DNA of 64,000 nucleotides from an uncultured Lentisphaeria bacterium (GTDB taxonomy: Bacteria; Verrucomicrobiota; Lentisphaeria; Victivallales; UBA1829). Position 1 is the first letter of the stretch. Every line of letters starts with the position of its first letter. The notes under the pieces were generated by a model. It did no database searches. It saw nothing but the letters and a program-made list of their open reading frames with translations, and had not been told where the DNA came from. Location of the stretch: positions 17,237 through 81,236 of the forward strand of contig CASEFP010000110.1 in assembly GCA_949287225.1 (NCBI GenBank), in the 5' to 3' direction. Below are positions 9,702 to 18,067 of this stretch, piece after piece. The translations under genes were made by a program, and so were the position numbers.

Positions 9702-9730
9702 TTGAAATATTTCCGATTCCCGTCTATAAT
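9702..9730 (+). promoter_or_regulatory. near-consensus sigma70 promoter
   Basis: TTGAAA (9702-9707), 17-nt spacer, TATAAT (9725-9730), about 50 nt upstream of the Zn-ribbon/HX9DG-like gene. Confidence 0.6.
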
Positions 9731-9782
9731 GTGTCCCCAGCAGGGCGGAAGCAACAAATGGAGTATAATTGTGAAATTCCAC

Positions 9783-10637
9783 ATGAGATGTCCATACTGC
9801 GGCAACCGGATGGAAGCCGAGGAGGAATGGATCGGTCATGCAGCGCCATGTCCCATATGCCGGACTGAAATCGTCATCCGGAAAAACGACGATGCCTCCG
9901 GCGCGCAGCGGCCCCCTTCTTCCCCCCTCCCGGAACGTGCTGCGGACGCGCTGCCGGTGGCAGGGATTGTTTTTCTTTATCTCTTCATGCTGATACCGGG
10001 TCTGGGATTCCTGACGTTCATTTCCTGTACGATTCTGTATTTCTGCTGGAATGTCCGGCAGCCGGAAAAAGCGGGAAAACTCATCCGGCATACTTTGATT
10101 GCCGCCCTGATTGCAATTCCGACCACTCTTTTCCTGGCATCTTCTCTGTTTTTTCCCCCGATGGACACGGTGCATGAAACCGGACAGAGACGGATATGCC
10201 AGTCCCACATCAAACAGATTCTTCTCGCGGCAGGAATGTACAGCGAAGATTCTTCCGGATCTTTTCCGGACCGGAGCGGCGCAGGAGGATTTGAAATACT
10301 GCGGAAGATGGAGTATCTGACCGATCCCCAGGTTTTTGTCTGTCCTCTTTCAGGAACGAAACCCGCCGAAGATGGACAGGTGCTGACGGAAGATCATGTT
10401 TCCTATCTTTATATCGCCGGATTCCGTCAGAACGACGATCCGGATCAGGCGGTGATCTTCTGCCCGCATCATCGGAATTGCGTTCCAATCGGCAGGATCA
10501 ACGGTTCCGTCCACTTGAAACCTGCCGGAAAAAAGAAATCTGTTCACGAAATTCTGGAAGAGACCGGAATCCTCAAACAGTTTGATGCTTTTCCGGAGGA
10601 AACAAAACGCTATATCCGGAAAAAACTGGAGGAGTAG
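9783..10637 (+). CDS. membrane protein: N-terminal zinc ribbon, TM segments, C-terminal H-X9-(D/N)G (DUF1559-like pseudopilin) domain
   Basis: MRCPYCGN...CPICRT forms the zinc ribbon. Hydrophobic stretches VAGIVFLYLFMLIPGLGFLTFISCTILYFCW and LIAALIAIPTTLFLASSLFF follow. RRICQSHIKQILLAAGMYSEDSSGSFP mimics the post-helix region of PVC prepilin-like DUF1559 proteins (SCxNNLKQIGLAxxMYxxDxxGxFP). The C-terminus has HRNCVPIGRINGSVH, i.e. H-X9-NG. The start could instead be the GTG at 9771 (GGAG 7 nt upstream). The track's M at 9702 overlaps the promoter and is rejected. Confidence 0.75.
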   Translation: MRCPYCGNRMEAEEEWIGHAAPCPICRTEIVIRKNDDASGAQRPPSSPLPERAADALPVAGIVFLYLFMLIPGLGFLTFISCTILYFCWNVRQPEKAGKLIRHTLIAALIAIPTTLFLASSLFFPPMDTVHETGQRRICQSHIKQILLAAGMYSEDSSGSFPDRSGAGGFEILRKMEYLTDPQVFVCPLSGTKPAEDGQVLTEDHVSYLYIAGFRQNDDPDQAVIFCPHHRNCVPIGRINGSVHLKPAGKKKSVHEILEETGILKQFDAFPEETKRYIRKKLEE

Positions 10638-10639
10638 AT

Positions 10640-11293
10640 TCAAAGCGCCTGTTTTGCATTCCGGACAAATGCGGCACAAAGCTGGCAGTCGAGCATGCCG
10701 TCAAATCCGCGGAGCCCGCTGTTGGCATCCACGGCAAACGGACGCACCTGACGGATCGCGCCGGCAACATTCACAGGATTCAGTCCGCCCGCCAGGATGA
10801 CAGGCAAAGGCGCGGAAGCAACAACGGCTGCGCTGACATTCCAGTTGTGGGTTATCCCTGTACCTCCAACCTTTCCCGCACTCCGATCCATTGAGTCCAG
10901 AAGAATCGCATCCACAAACGGATAATACGCTTCCGGAGCCGGAACGACCTCTGTGTCAATAACATGAACGGCATAAACAAGCTTTCCGGCCGGTCCCAGC
11001 CGGTCCCGCAGGCAGGCGACCTGTTCCACTGTGTTTCCGCCGTGAAGCTGGATTGTGGGAATGGAAGTCTGCTCCACAAGTTCCCAGACCGCGGACGGTT
11101 CCGTCAGATGCGTCACCAGAACGGGCGTCACATACGGCGGAAGGGCACGGACAAGACGCGCTGCGGTGCTCGCAAGAATGAAGTCGCCTGACGCATGCAC
11201 CTGTCCCACCAGAAAACCGACGGCATCGACTCCTGCCGCAATGGCCGCTTCCAGTTCCTCTTCCGTCTTGATCCCACATGCCTTGACACGCAT
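10640..11293 (-). CDS. trpF: phosphoribosylanthranilate isomerase
   Basis: 217 aa. MRVKACGIKTEEE...GVDAVGFLV, LHGG, GGTGITHNW, ILAGGLNPVNV. The start overlaps the coaX stop (TGATG). Confidence 0.88.
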   Translation of the reverse strand: MRVKACGIKTEEELEAAIAAGVDAVGFLVGQVHASGDFILASTAARLVRALPPYVTPVLVTHLTEPSAVWELVEQTSIPTIQLHGGNTVEQVACLRDRLGPAGKLVYAVHVIDTEVVPAPEAYYPFVDAILLDSMDRSAGKVGGTGITHNWNVSAAVVASAPLPVILAGGLNPVNVAGAIRQVRPFAVDANSGLRGFDGMLDCQLCAAFVRNAKQAL

Positions 11294-12018
11294 CAGCTAT
11301 TGCACTCCCAGATTTTACGGATGCCGTGCAAAGTAAAATCATCTCCCCCGTCTTCCAGATCCAGATGGTTCAGGAAAAAATGCCGGTCGCCCCCACAGGC
11401 CACTTTCCGGAGAGAATCCGGCGGATACTGTTTTTCCAGAGAAAAAAGAATTTCGCGGACCGCGCCGATCGCGGCGAGATCGGTGCCGATCCGCATTGCA
11501 TCGCAAGTATTGCGCCCGGGCATTGCCGGAACGGCATCCGTCAGGTCAAGCAGGGGAAGCTGGGCCGTATAATCGTGCAGGGCATGACGCAGAAGCATCC
11601 GGCCCGGCAGAATCGCACCGCCGGCAAATTCGCCGTCTTCCGTCACAAATTCAAAAGTGACGGCTGTCCCGAAATCAATGCAGACCGCCGGCAGTTTTCC
11701 TTCCGTCAATCGTGCGGCATTTGCCAGACGGTCGGCTCCCACCGTGGAAAGATCAAGGGTTTTGACGGAAAAAGGAAACGTCATTTCAGGAGAAACAACA
11801 AAAACGCCAAGTTCGGAAAGGCGTTTTGTCACACGGGGAACGACGGAAGCTGCAGCAAAATGACGGGAACAATCCATCCATTTGACGGAAGAATCCGGAA
11901 AGGCGGATGTTTCAAAAACCGCCCGCTTGATGATTGTGCCGTCCGGCAGGGAGTCGTAAAGATGGACACGTGTATTCCCGACATTCAGAAGCGTCAGTTT
12001 TTCTTCCGAAGGCATCAT
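11293..12018 (-). CDS. coaX: type III pantothenate kinase
   Basis: 241 aa. LLNVGNTRVHLY N-terminal motif, IDFGTAVTFE, GGAILPG, typical of CoaX. Confidence 0.88.
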   Translation of the reverse strand: MMPSEEKLTLLNVGNTRVHLYDSLPDGTIIKRAVFETSAFPDSSVKWMDCSRHFAAASVVPRVTKRLSELGVFVVSPEMTFPFSVKTLDLSTVGADRLANAARLTEGKLPAVCIDFGTAVTFEFVTEDGEFAGGAILPGRMLLRHALHDYTAQLPLLDLTDAVPAMPGRNTCDAMRIGTDLAAIGAVREILFSLEKQYPPDSLRKVACGGDRHFFLNHLDLEDGGDDFTLHGIRKIWECNS

Positions 12019-12027
12019 TCCGCGATC

Positions 12028-13134
12028 TCAGACAAATTTGGCCAGATCGGATTGTCCGGCAATCAGTTTGACAAGCTCCTTAACCCGCTGCGCCGACTTC
12101 GCGTTGCAGACCAGCGTGACATCCTCCGTCGAGACGATGACAAGATCCTTGACATCAATTGTCGCGATCAGATGGTTGGAATTGCCGACAATGATACAGT
12201 CACTGGTGTCCAGCCCCGCATGAAGTCCGCGCACCACGTTATTGTTTTTTTCCGGCACGATCTGGTTGCGCATCGAGGTCCATGAACCGACGTCGTCCCA
12301 ATCGAAAGCGGCCTCCGCGGTTACAATGTTTCCGGCTTTTTCCATAACGGCGTAGTCGATGGAAATTTCCGGCACAGTCCTGTAAAGAGAGGCCAGGACG
12401 GACTCCGTTCCACGGTTTGCGTAATAGGCACAGATTCCTTCATAAAAACGGTACATGTCCGGAGCGAACTGTTTCAGCGCGCTGACAAGCGAGGAAAGAT
12501 TCAAAATGAAAATGCCGCTGTTCCACATATGTTTCCCGTCGGCCACGTAGATTTCGGAAAGCTCCAGAGAGGGTTTCTCCTTGAACCCGCAGACTTTCCG
12601 GAATGCCGTTCTTGCCGGGAAATCCATCCGGTCGCCGACCTCGATATAACCGTAACCGGTCATCGGCGCGTTCGGCTTGACACCGATCGTGACCATTTGA
12701 TGTGTTTTCTCCGCCACGGCCAGACTGTCGTTAACGGTGTCGTAAAATGCCGCCGTATCCGTAATGATGTGATCCGTAGGGAAAAGGCAGAGCACCGGAT
12801 CCGCGCCTTTTGCATGGTTCCGGATATATGCAGCCGCATTGGCGATGCATGGGGCGGTGTCTTTTCCCTCCGGTTCGCCGATAATGTTCTCCTGCGGCAG
12901 ATGAGAAAGCAGTGAACGCATCGGCGCAACATAGTTTGTATTGGTCACTACAATGATGTGTGAATAATCAAATATGGCGGAGAGACGCTCAATGGTCTGT
13001 TCGATCAGCGTCAGATTTCCAAGAAGGCGCAGCAGCTGCTTCGGATTGGACAGACGGCTTTGCGGCCAGAAGCGTTCGCCTTTGCCCCCCGCCATGACCA
13101 CGGCATAGGCGTTGGTGTTTTTTTTCTGTTCCAT
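12028..13134 (-). CDS. manC: mannose-1-phosphate guanylyltransferase
   Basis: 368 aa. YAVVMAGGKGERFWPQSR nucleotidyl-transferase motif, GYGYIE, MWNSGIF, IDYAVMEK. Confidence 0.85.
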   Translation of the reverse strand: MEQKKNTNAYAVVMAGGKGERFWPQSRLSNPKQLLRLLGNLTLIEQTIERLSAIFDYSHIIVVTNTNYVAPMRSLLSHLPQENIIGEPEGKDTAPCIANAAAYIRNHAKGADPVLCLFPTDHIITDTAAFYDTVNDSLAVAEKTHQMVTIGVKPNAPMTGYGYIEVGDRMDFPARTAFRKVCGFKEKPSLELSEIYVADGKHMWNSGIFILNLSSLVSALKQFAPDMYRFYEGICAYYANRGTESVLASLYRTVPEISIDYAVMEKAGNIVTAEAAFDWDDVGSWTSMRNQIVPEKNNNVVRGLHAGLDTSDCIIVGNSNHLIATIDVKDLVIVSTEDVTLVCNAKSAQRVKELVKLIAGQSDLAKFV

Positions 13135-13160
13135 AAGAACTCCAGGATTTGGAAACGGTC

Positions 13161-14429
13161 TCAGGTTCCAAGTTTTTCAATAATGGTGATCATCGGCATG
13201 AAAAGCGCAATCACGATACCGCCGACGATGACCGCCAGACCGACCATCATGATCGGCTCGATCATGGAGGTCAGGGCGCTCACGGCATTGTCGACCTCCT
13301 CGTCATAGGTGTCCGCGATCTTGTCCAGCATTTCCGGCAGTTTACCGGTCTCCTCGCCGACCTCGATCATACTGATCACCATTTCGGGGAAGATCTTGGT
13401 CGCCTGAAGCGGCGGCGCCATGCCTTCGCCCTCCTTCACCGCCTCGTAAACCTTGACGACGGCTGTGGCGACCACTTCGTTTCCGGAGGTCTCCTTCACG
13501 ATGGTCAGCGAGTTCAGCACCGGCACGCCGGAACCCATCAGCGTTCCCAGGGTCCGCCCGAACTTGGAAATGGCGGACTTGGAAACAATCGGGCCGAACA
13601 GCGGCATGTTGTATTTTGCCCAGTCAATATAGAAACGCAGGAAAGGAATTTTCAGAATAATCTTGATCAGAATCACGAGTCCGACAATGCCGCCGATCAT
13701 GACAAGATACTGTTCCGACATGAAACGCCCGATTCCGATAACGATCTGCGTCAGCATCGGGAGCGGCTCGCCTTCCAGAAGTTCGGTAAACATTTTCTCG
13801 AACTTCGGGACGATGAAGATCATCAAACCTGCACAGATGATACCGGCTACGCACAACACAATGATCGGGTAGACCATTGCCGATTTGACCTTGCCCTGGA
13901 TTTTCGCCGCCTTTTCCATGAACATGGCAAGACGGTCCAGAATCAGTTCCAGCTTACCGGCGGCTTCCCCGGCGCGGATCATATTCAGATAGAGTTTATC
14001 AAAGGACTTCGGATGCTGGGCAAGCGCCTCGGAAAACGTGGCTCCGCCTTCCACGGAGGAAGCTGTCTCATCCAGAATTTTCTTGATCGCAGGATTTTTC
14101 GACTGTCTCGAAAGTGTTTTCAGCGAACGGATCAGCGGGAGGCCGGCTTCCAGAAGAATTGCCATCTGCCGTGTCACAATCGTCAGATCCTTTGTCTTGA
14201 TGACCATAGGACCGAGATTGATGTTCAGATTGAATCCGCCTCCGCCGCCTTTAGCGTCCTTGCCGCCTTTTCCGCCTTTTCCGCCGCCCTTTGCTCCGGA
14301 TTTAATTGATGTTGGAAAAAGTCCCTGATTTTTCAGAAAAATTGCGACCTCTTCCTCGCTGGCCGCCTCTTTTTTACCCTTCTGCTCCTTGCCGGTGGAG
14401 TCCATCGCAGTGTACTGGTATAATGGCAT
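13161..14429 (-). CDS. pilC: type II secretion / type IV pilus platform protein (GspF/PilC family)
   Basis: 422 aa. N-terminal YQYTAMDSTGKEQKG, two T2SSF-like halves (...LATMLEAGLPL-like ILLEAGLPLIRSL; GEETGKLPEML). Contains an unusual Gly/Lys-rich insert GAKGGGKGGKGGKDAKGGGGG. Confidence 0.9.
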   Translation of the reverse strand: MPLYQYTAMDSTGKEQKGKKEAASEEEVAIFLKNQGLFPTSIKSGAKGGGKGGKGGKDAKGGGGGFNLNINLGPMVIKTKDLTIVTRQMAILLEAGLPLIRSLKTLSRQSKNPAIKKILDETASSVEGGATFSEALAQHPKSFDKLYLNMIRAGEAAGKLELILDRLAMFMEKAAKIQGKVKSAMVYPIIVLCVAGIICAGLMIFIVPKFEKMFTELLEGEPLPMLTQIVIGIGRFMSEQYLVMIGGIVGLVILIKIILKIPFLRFYIDWAKYNMPLFGPIVSKSAISKFGRTLGTLMGSGVPVLNSLTIVKETSGNEVVATAVVKVYEAVKEGEGMAPPLQATKIFPEMVISMIEVGEETGKLPEMLDKIADTYDEEVDNAVSALTSMIEPIMMVGLAVIVGGIVIALFMPMITIIEKLGT

Positions 14430-14446
14430 TTCTCATTCTCCCGCGG

Positions 14447-16147
14447 TTATGTATATCTTAAGACTTCTTCCATTGTCGTTTCGCCGTTCAGGACAGCCTG
14501 GATCCCGTCCTCGCGCATGGTCACCATGCCGAGTTCACGCGCCTTGTCGCGCAGAACGACTGTCGGAGAACTCTTCATAATCAGATCTATCAGCTGGGAG
14601 TGCATGGTGAACATCTCCGTCAGCGCCTTCCGGCCCTTGTAACCGGTGTTGTTGCAGTTCTGACAGCCTTTGCCATAGTAGAACTTGTTGTCGCCGACAT
14701 CCGCGCGGTCAAGCCCGAGCAGCATCAGATCCTCGTCGGTCGGCACGAACGACGCCTTGCAGCGCGGACAGATCCGCCGGATCAGACGCTGGCCGATCAC
14801 TCCCTGAAGCGAGCTTGTAATCAGGAACGGTTCCACCCCCATGTCGATCAGACGCGTCACCGTGCCGGCCGCATCGTTCGTGTGCAGGGTACTGAACACA
14901 AAATGCCCGGTGAGAGAGGCTTCCACAGCCATGCGCGCAGATTCCAGGTCGCGGATCTCTCCAAGCATGATGATATCCGGGTCCTGACGGAGAAAGGCGC
15001 GGAGCGCACGGGCAAACGTCATCCCGATCGATTCGTTGATCGGAAGCTGAATAATACCTTCCAGGTCATATTCGACCGGGTCTTCCGCAGTCAGAATCTT
15101 GTCCTCGGTCTTATTGATCTCCTTCAGGGCTGAATACAGCGTCGTCGTTTTCCCGGAACCGGTCGGACCGGTCACAATGAAAATTCCGTTCGGAAGCTGA
15201 ATGATATCGCGGATTTTCGCCAGATTTTCCGGACGGATGCCGAGCGCGTCCAGATCCAGATTCACAACAGACCGGTCCAGCACGCGGAGCACCACCGATT
15301 CACCGAACTGCGTCGGCAGCGTCGAAACGCGCAGATCAATGGGTTTGCCTCCGACTTTAAGCTGAATACGGCCGTCCTGCGGACGACGGCGCTCGGCAAT
15401 ATTCAAGCCGCTCATGATTTTGACACGGCTGATCACGGGAATGGCAAGATTTTTCGGCGGCGGCGCCATTTCATAAAGCGCTCCGTCAATACGGCAGCGG
15501 ATCTTGAACTCTTTTTCAAACGGTTCAAAGTGAATATCGGAAGCCTTGTCCTTGATAGCCTGATACATCACCGCGTCCACGAACTTGATGATCGGCGCCT
15601 CATTCGCCTGCGCCTCCAGTTCATCCGCGCTCTGCTCGGCTTCCTCTTCCTTGACTTCCGTATCCAGATTCAGTTCGGCCAGCATGTCGTGCATCGTGGT
15701 TGTCACGTCAACCGGATAGAATTTCTCAATTGCCGATTCCACCTGGGATTCCGGCACCACGATCTGATTCACATCCTTGCCGACGATGAAACGGACTTCG
15801 TCCACCACCTGATAGTTCAGCGGATCGCGGAGCATGATGCTGAGCGTGGTCCCGTCAAAAGCCATCGGAACGACGCCAAGCATCCGCGCCGTATCGCCGT
15901 CAATCATTTTGATGACCTCCCACGGCGGATCCTCTTCAAGCCCGACAGCGCGAACCTCAAGCCCGAGGTTTCTGCCGATCGCCTCCAGAATGTCCATCTC
16001 CGTCAGGAGTCCGAAATCGACAATCACTTCCTTGAGCGATTTGCCGTTGCGCTCCTGCTCCTCCTCCACCTCCTTCATGTGTTCTTCACTGATGAGGTTT
16101 TCCCCGAGCAGGATATCTTTCAAGGTCTGGCTTTCGGAATCAAGCAT
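14447..16147 (-). CDS. pilB: GspE/PilB-family secretion ATPase (paralog 2)
   Basis: 566 aa. N-terminal T2SSE_N-like domain, Walker A GPTGSGKTT, Asp box, Walker B IIMLGEIRD, His box FSTLHTND, tetra-Cys CPRC...CQNC. Confidence 0.93.
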   Translation of the reverse strand: MLDSESQTLKDILLGENLISEEHMKEVEEEQERNGKSLKEVIVDFGLLTEMDILEAIGRNLGLEVRAVGLEEDPPWEVIKMIDGDTARMLGVVPMAFDGTTLSIMLRDPLNYQVVDEVRFIVGKDVNQIVVPESQVESAIEKFYPVDVTTTMHDMLAELNLDTEVKEEEAEQSADELEAQANEAPIIKFVDAVMYQAIKDKASDIHFEPFEKEFKIRCRIDGALYEMAPPPKNLAIPVISRVKIMSGLNIAERRRPQDGRIQLKVGGKPIDLRVSTLPTQFGESVVLRVLDRSVVNLDLDALGIRPENLAKIRDIIQLPNGIFIVTGPTGSGKTTTLYSALKEINKTEDKILTAEDPVEYDLEGIIQLPINESIGMTFARALRAFLRQDPDIIMLGEIRDLESARMAVEASLTGHFVFSTLHTNDAAGTVTRLIDMGVEPFLITSSLQGVIGQRLIRRICPRCKASFVPTDEDLMLLGLDRADVGDNKFYYGKGCQNCNNTGYKGRKALTEMFTMHSQLIDLIMKSSPTVVLRDKARELGMVTMREDGIQAVLNGETTMEEVLRYT

Positions 16148-16177
16148 TTTCTCATTTTCTCCATCTTCCGGCTGTGC

Positions 16178-17887
16178 TTATTCCGCATCGCCGATTGTTG
16201 TTGCAATCACTTCGGAAAGGGTTGTTATGCCCGCAGCCGCCTTCCGGAGGCCGTCCTCGCGAAGCGTCATCATACCGCCTTTGCGCGCAGCATCGCGGAT
16301 GATGTCGGCGGAGCATTTCGTGTAAATCAGATGCTGAATCTCCTCGCCGACCTGGAAAATCTCGTAAATGCCGAGGCGCCCCTTGTAGCCGGTGCCGCCG
16401 CAGACCGGGCAGCCTTTTCCCTTGAACAGAGTTGCCGTGTCCATGAACTTTTCATCCAGCCCCAGAAGACGGATCTCGTTCGCCGTCGGCGTTGTCGGTT
16501 CCATACAGTTCTTGCAGACGCGCCGCAGCAGGCGCTGCGCCATGATCGCCTTGACCGCCGACGCCACAAGGAACGGCTGCACGCCCATATCGATCAGACG
16601 CGTCACCGCGCTCGGCGCATCGTTCGTGTGCAGCGTGCTGAAGACAAGATGCCCCGTCAGCGATGCGTTGATCGCAATCACCGCCGTTTCCATGTCGCGG
16701 ATCTCGCCGACCATGATGATGTTCGGCGCCTGACGAAGCATCGCGCGCAGCGCGTTGGCAAAGGTCATCTTCGCAAGCGGATTCACCTGCACCTGGTTGA
16801 TGCCGGCAAGCTGATACTCCACAGGGTCTTCCACCGTGATGATCTTGCGGTTCGGCGTGTTGATCGTATTCAGAAATGCATAAAGGCTGGTGGTCTTTCC
16901 GGAACCTGTCGGGCCTGTCACGAGGAACACGCCGTCGGGCATGTTGATGATCTTGTTGATCTTTGCCTGGTCGTCCGCATAGAAGCCAAGCTGCGGGATT
17001 TCAAGCTGAATACTGGCTTTTTCCAGAATTCGCATGACGATACTCTCTCCGTGCGTCGTCGGAATGGTTGAGACGCGCAGGTCGATGTCGCAGCCTTTCA
17101 CCCGGAGCTGAATACGGCCGTCCTGCGGCAGACGCTTTTCGGAGATATCCAGCTTGGACATGATCTTGACACGGCTGGTGATGTTCGCCTGAAGATATTT
17201 CGGAGGACTCTCCATCACACGGAGCGCGCCATCGACCCGGTAGCGGATGCGGTAGGTCTTTTCCAGGGGCTCCAGATGAATATCCGAAGCGTGCAGCTTG
17301 AACGCCTCGACGATAATCAGTGTCACAAGCCGGATGATCGGAGCATCGTCCTCATTGGCTCCGCCTTCCTCGGCGGCCTCCTGCGCCGCCTGTTCCACGG
17401 CTTCCATTTCCCCCATCTCCTCGATGAACGCGTTGACGGCGGCTTCCTGCGTGGAATAGTATTTGTCCATGACAGCCCGGATCTGATCCATCGGGGAAAT
17501 AACGGCATCAACATCGCATTTCAGCAGAAAACGGATGGAGTCTAGCGTTGCCATATCGGTCGGATCGCTCATGGCGATGGTCAGAACATCGTCGTGCTTC
17601 ATGACAGGAACAATCTTATACTGATGCACAATATCGCGCGGAACGGTTTCAATCACCTCGGGCGGAATCCGGTAGGTGGAAAGGTCCAGAACTTCCAGAC
17701 CATACTGCTGGGCGAGCATGGAGATCATTTCAAGTTCATCGACGTATTTGAGTTCCTTCAGCGCGTCGATGATATTAATCTGACCGTCTTTCTCGGCTAC
17801 TCTCTTCCAGCCCTCACTGACCTGCTCCTCCGTGACCATCCCGTTCTCCTGGAGCAGTTCCAGAATAAAGTCAGTGTTTTGCGCCAT
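16178..17887 (-). CDS. pilB: GspE/PilB-family secretion ATPase (paralog 1)
   Basis: 569 aa with the same architecture: GPTGSGKTT, IIMVGEIRD, FSTLHTND, CKNC...CPVC. Confidence 0.93.
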   Translation of the reverse strand: MAQNTDFILELLQENGMVTEEQVSEGWKRVAEKDGQINIIDALKELKYVDELEMISMLAQQYGLEVLDLSTYRIPPEVIETVPRDIVHQYKIVPVMKHDDVLTIAMSDPTDMATLDSIRFLLKCDVDAVISPMDQIRAVMDKYYSTQEAAVNAFIEEMGEMEAVEQAAQEAAEEGGANEDDAPIIRLVTLIIVEAFKLHASDIHLEPLEKTYRIRYRVDGALRVMESPPKYLQANITSRVKIMSKLDISEKRLPQDGRIQLRVKGCDIDLRVSTIPTTHGESIVMRILEKASIQLEIPQLGFYADDQAKINKIINMPDGVFLVTGPTGSGKTTSLYAFLNTINTPNRKIITVEDPVEYQLAGINQVQVNPLAKMTFANALRAMLRQAPNIIMVGEIRDMETAVIAINASLTGHLVFSTLHTNDAPSAVTRLIDMGVQPFLVASAVKAIMAQRLLRRVCKNCMEPTTPTANEIRLLGLDEKFMDTATLFKGKGCPVCGGTGYKGRLGIYEIFQVGEEIQHLIYTKCSADIIRDAARKGGMMTLREDGLRKAAAGITTLSEVIATTIGDAE

Positions 17888-18023
17888 CGCGATACCTCAC
17901 ATGTCCCTGTTTTTTCCGTATAACGGAGAAAAATAAGCTCTTTTTCCGAATTTTTCAAGCCCGAAACGGCGTTTGAAATATGAATCATGCAAGAAAGTTT
18001 CGGTTTTATCAGGATAAAATGCT

Positions 18024-18046
18024 GAAAAAGCGCCGTTCCCGGCGCT
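18024..18046 (-). terminator. putative intrinsic terminator after parC
   Basis: On the minus strand: AGCGCCG-GGAA-CGGCGCT, a 7-bp GC-rich stem (18029-18046), followed by TTTT. Starts 22 nt after the parC stop. Confidence 0.55.
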
Positions 18047-18067
18047 GTTATCAGAAAAAAGACGGTG

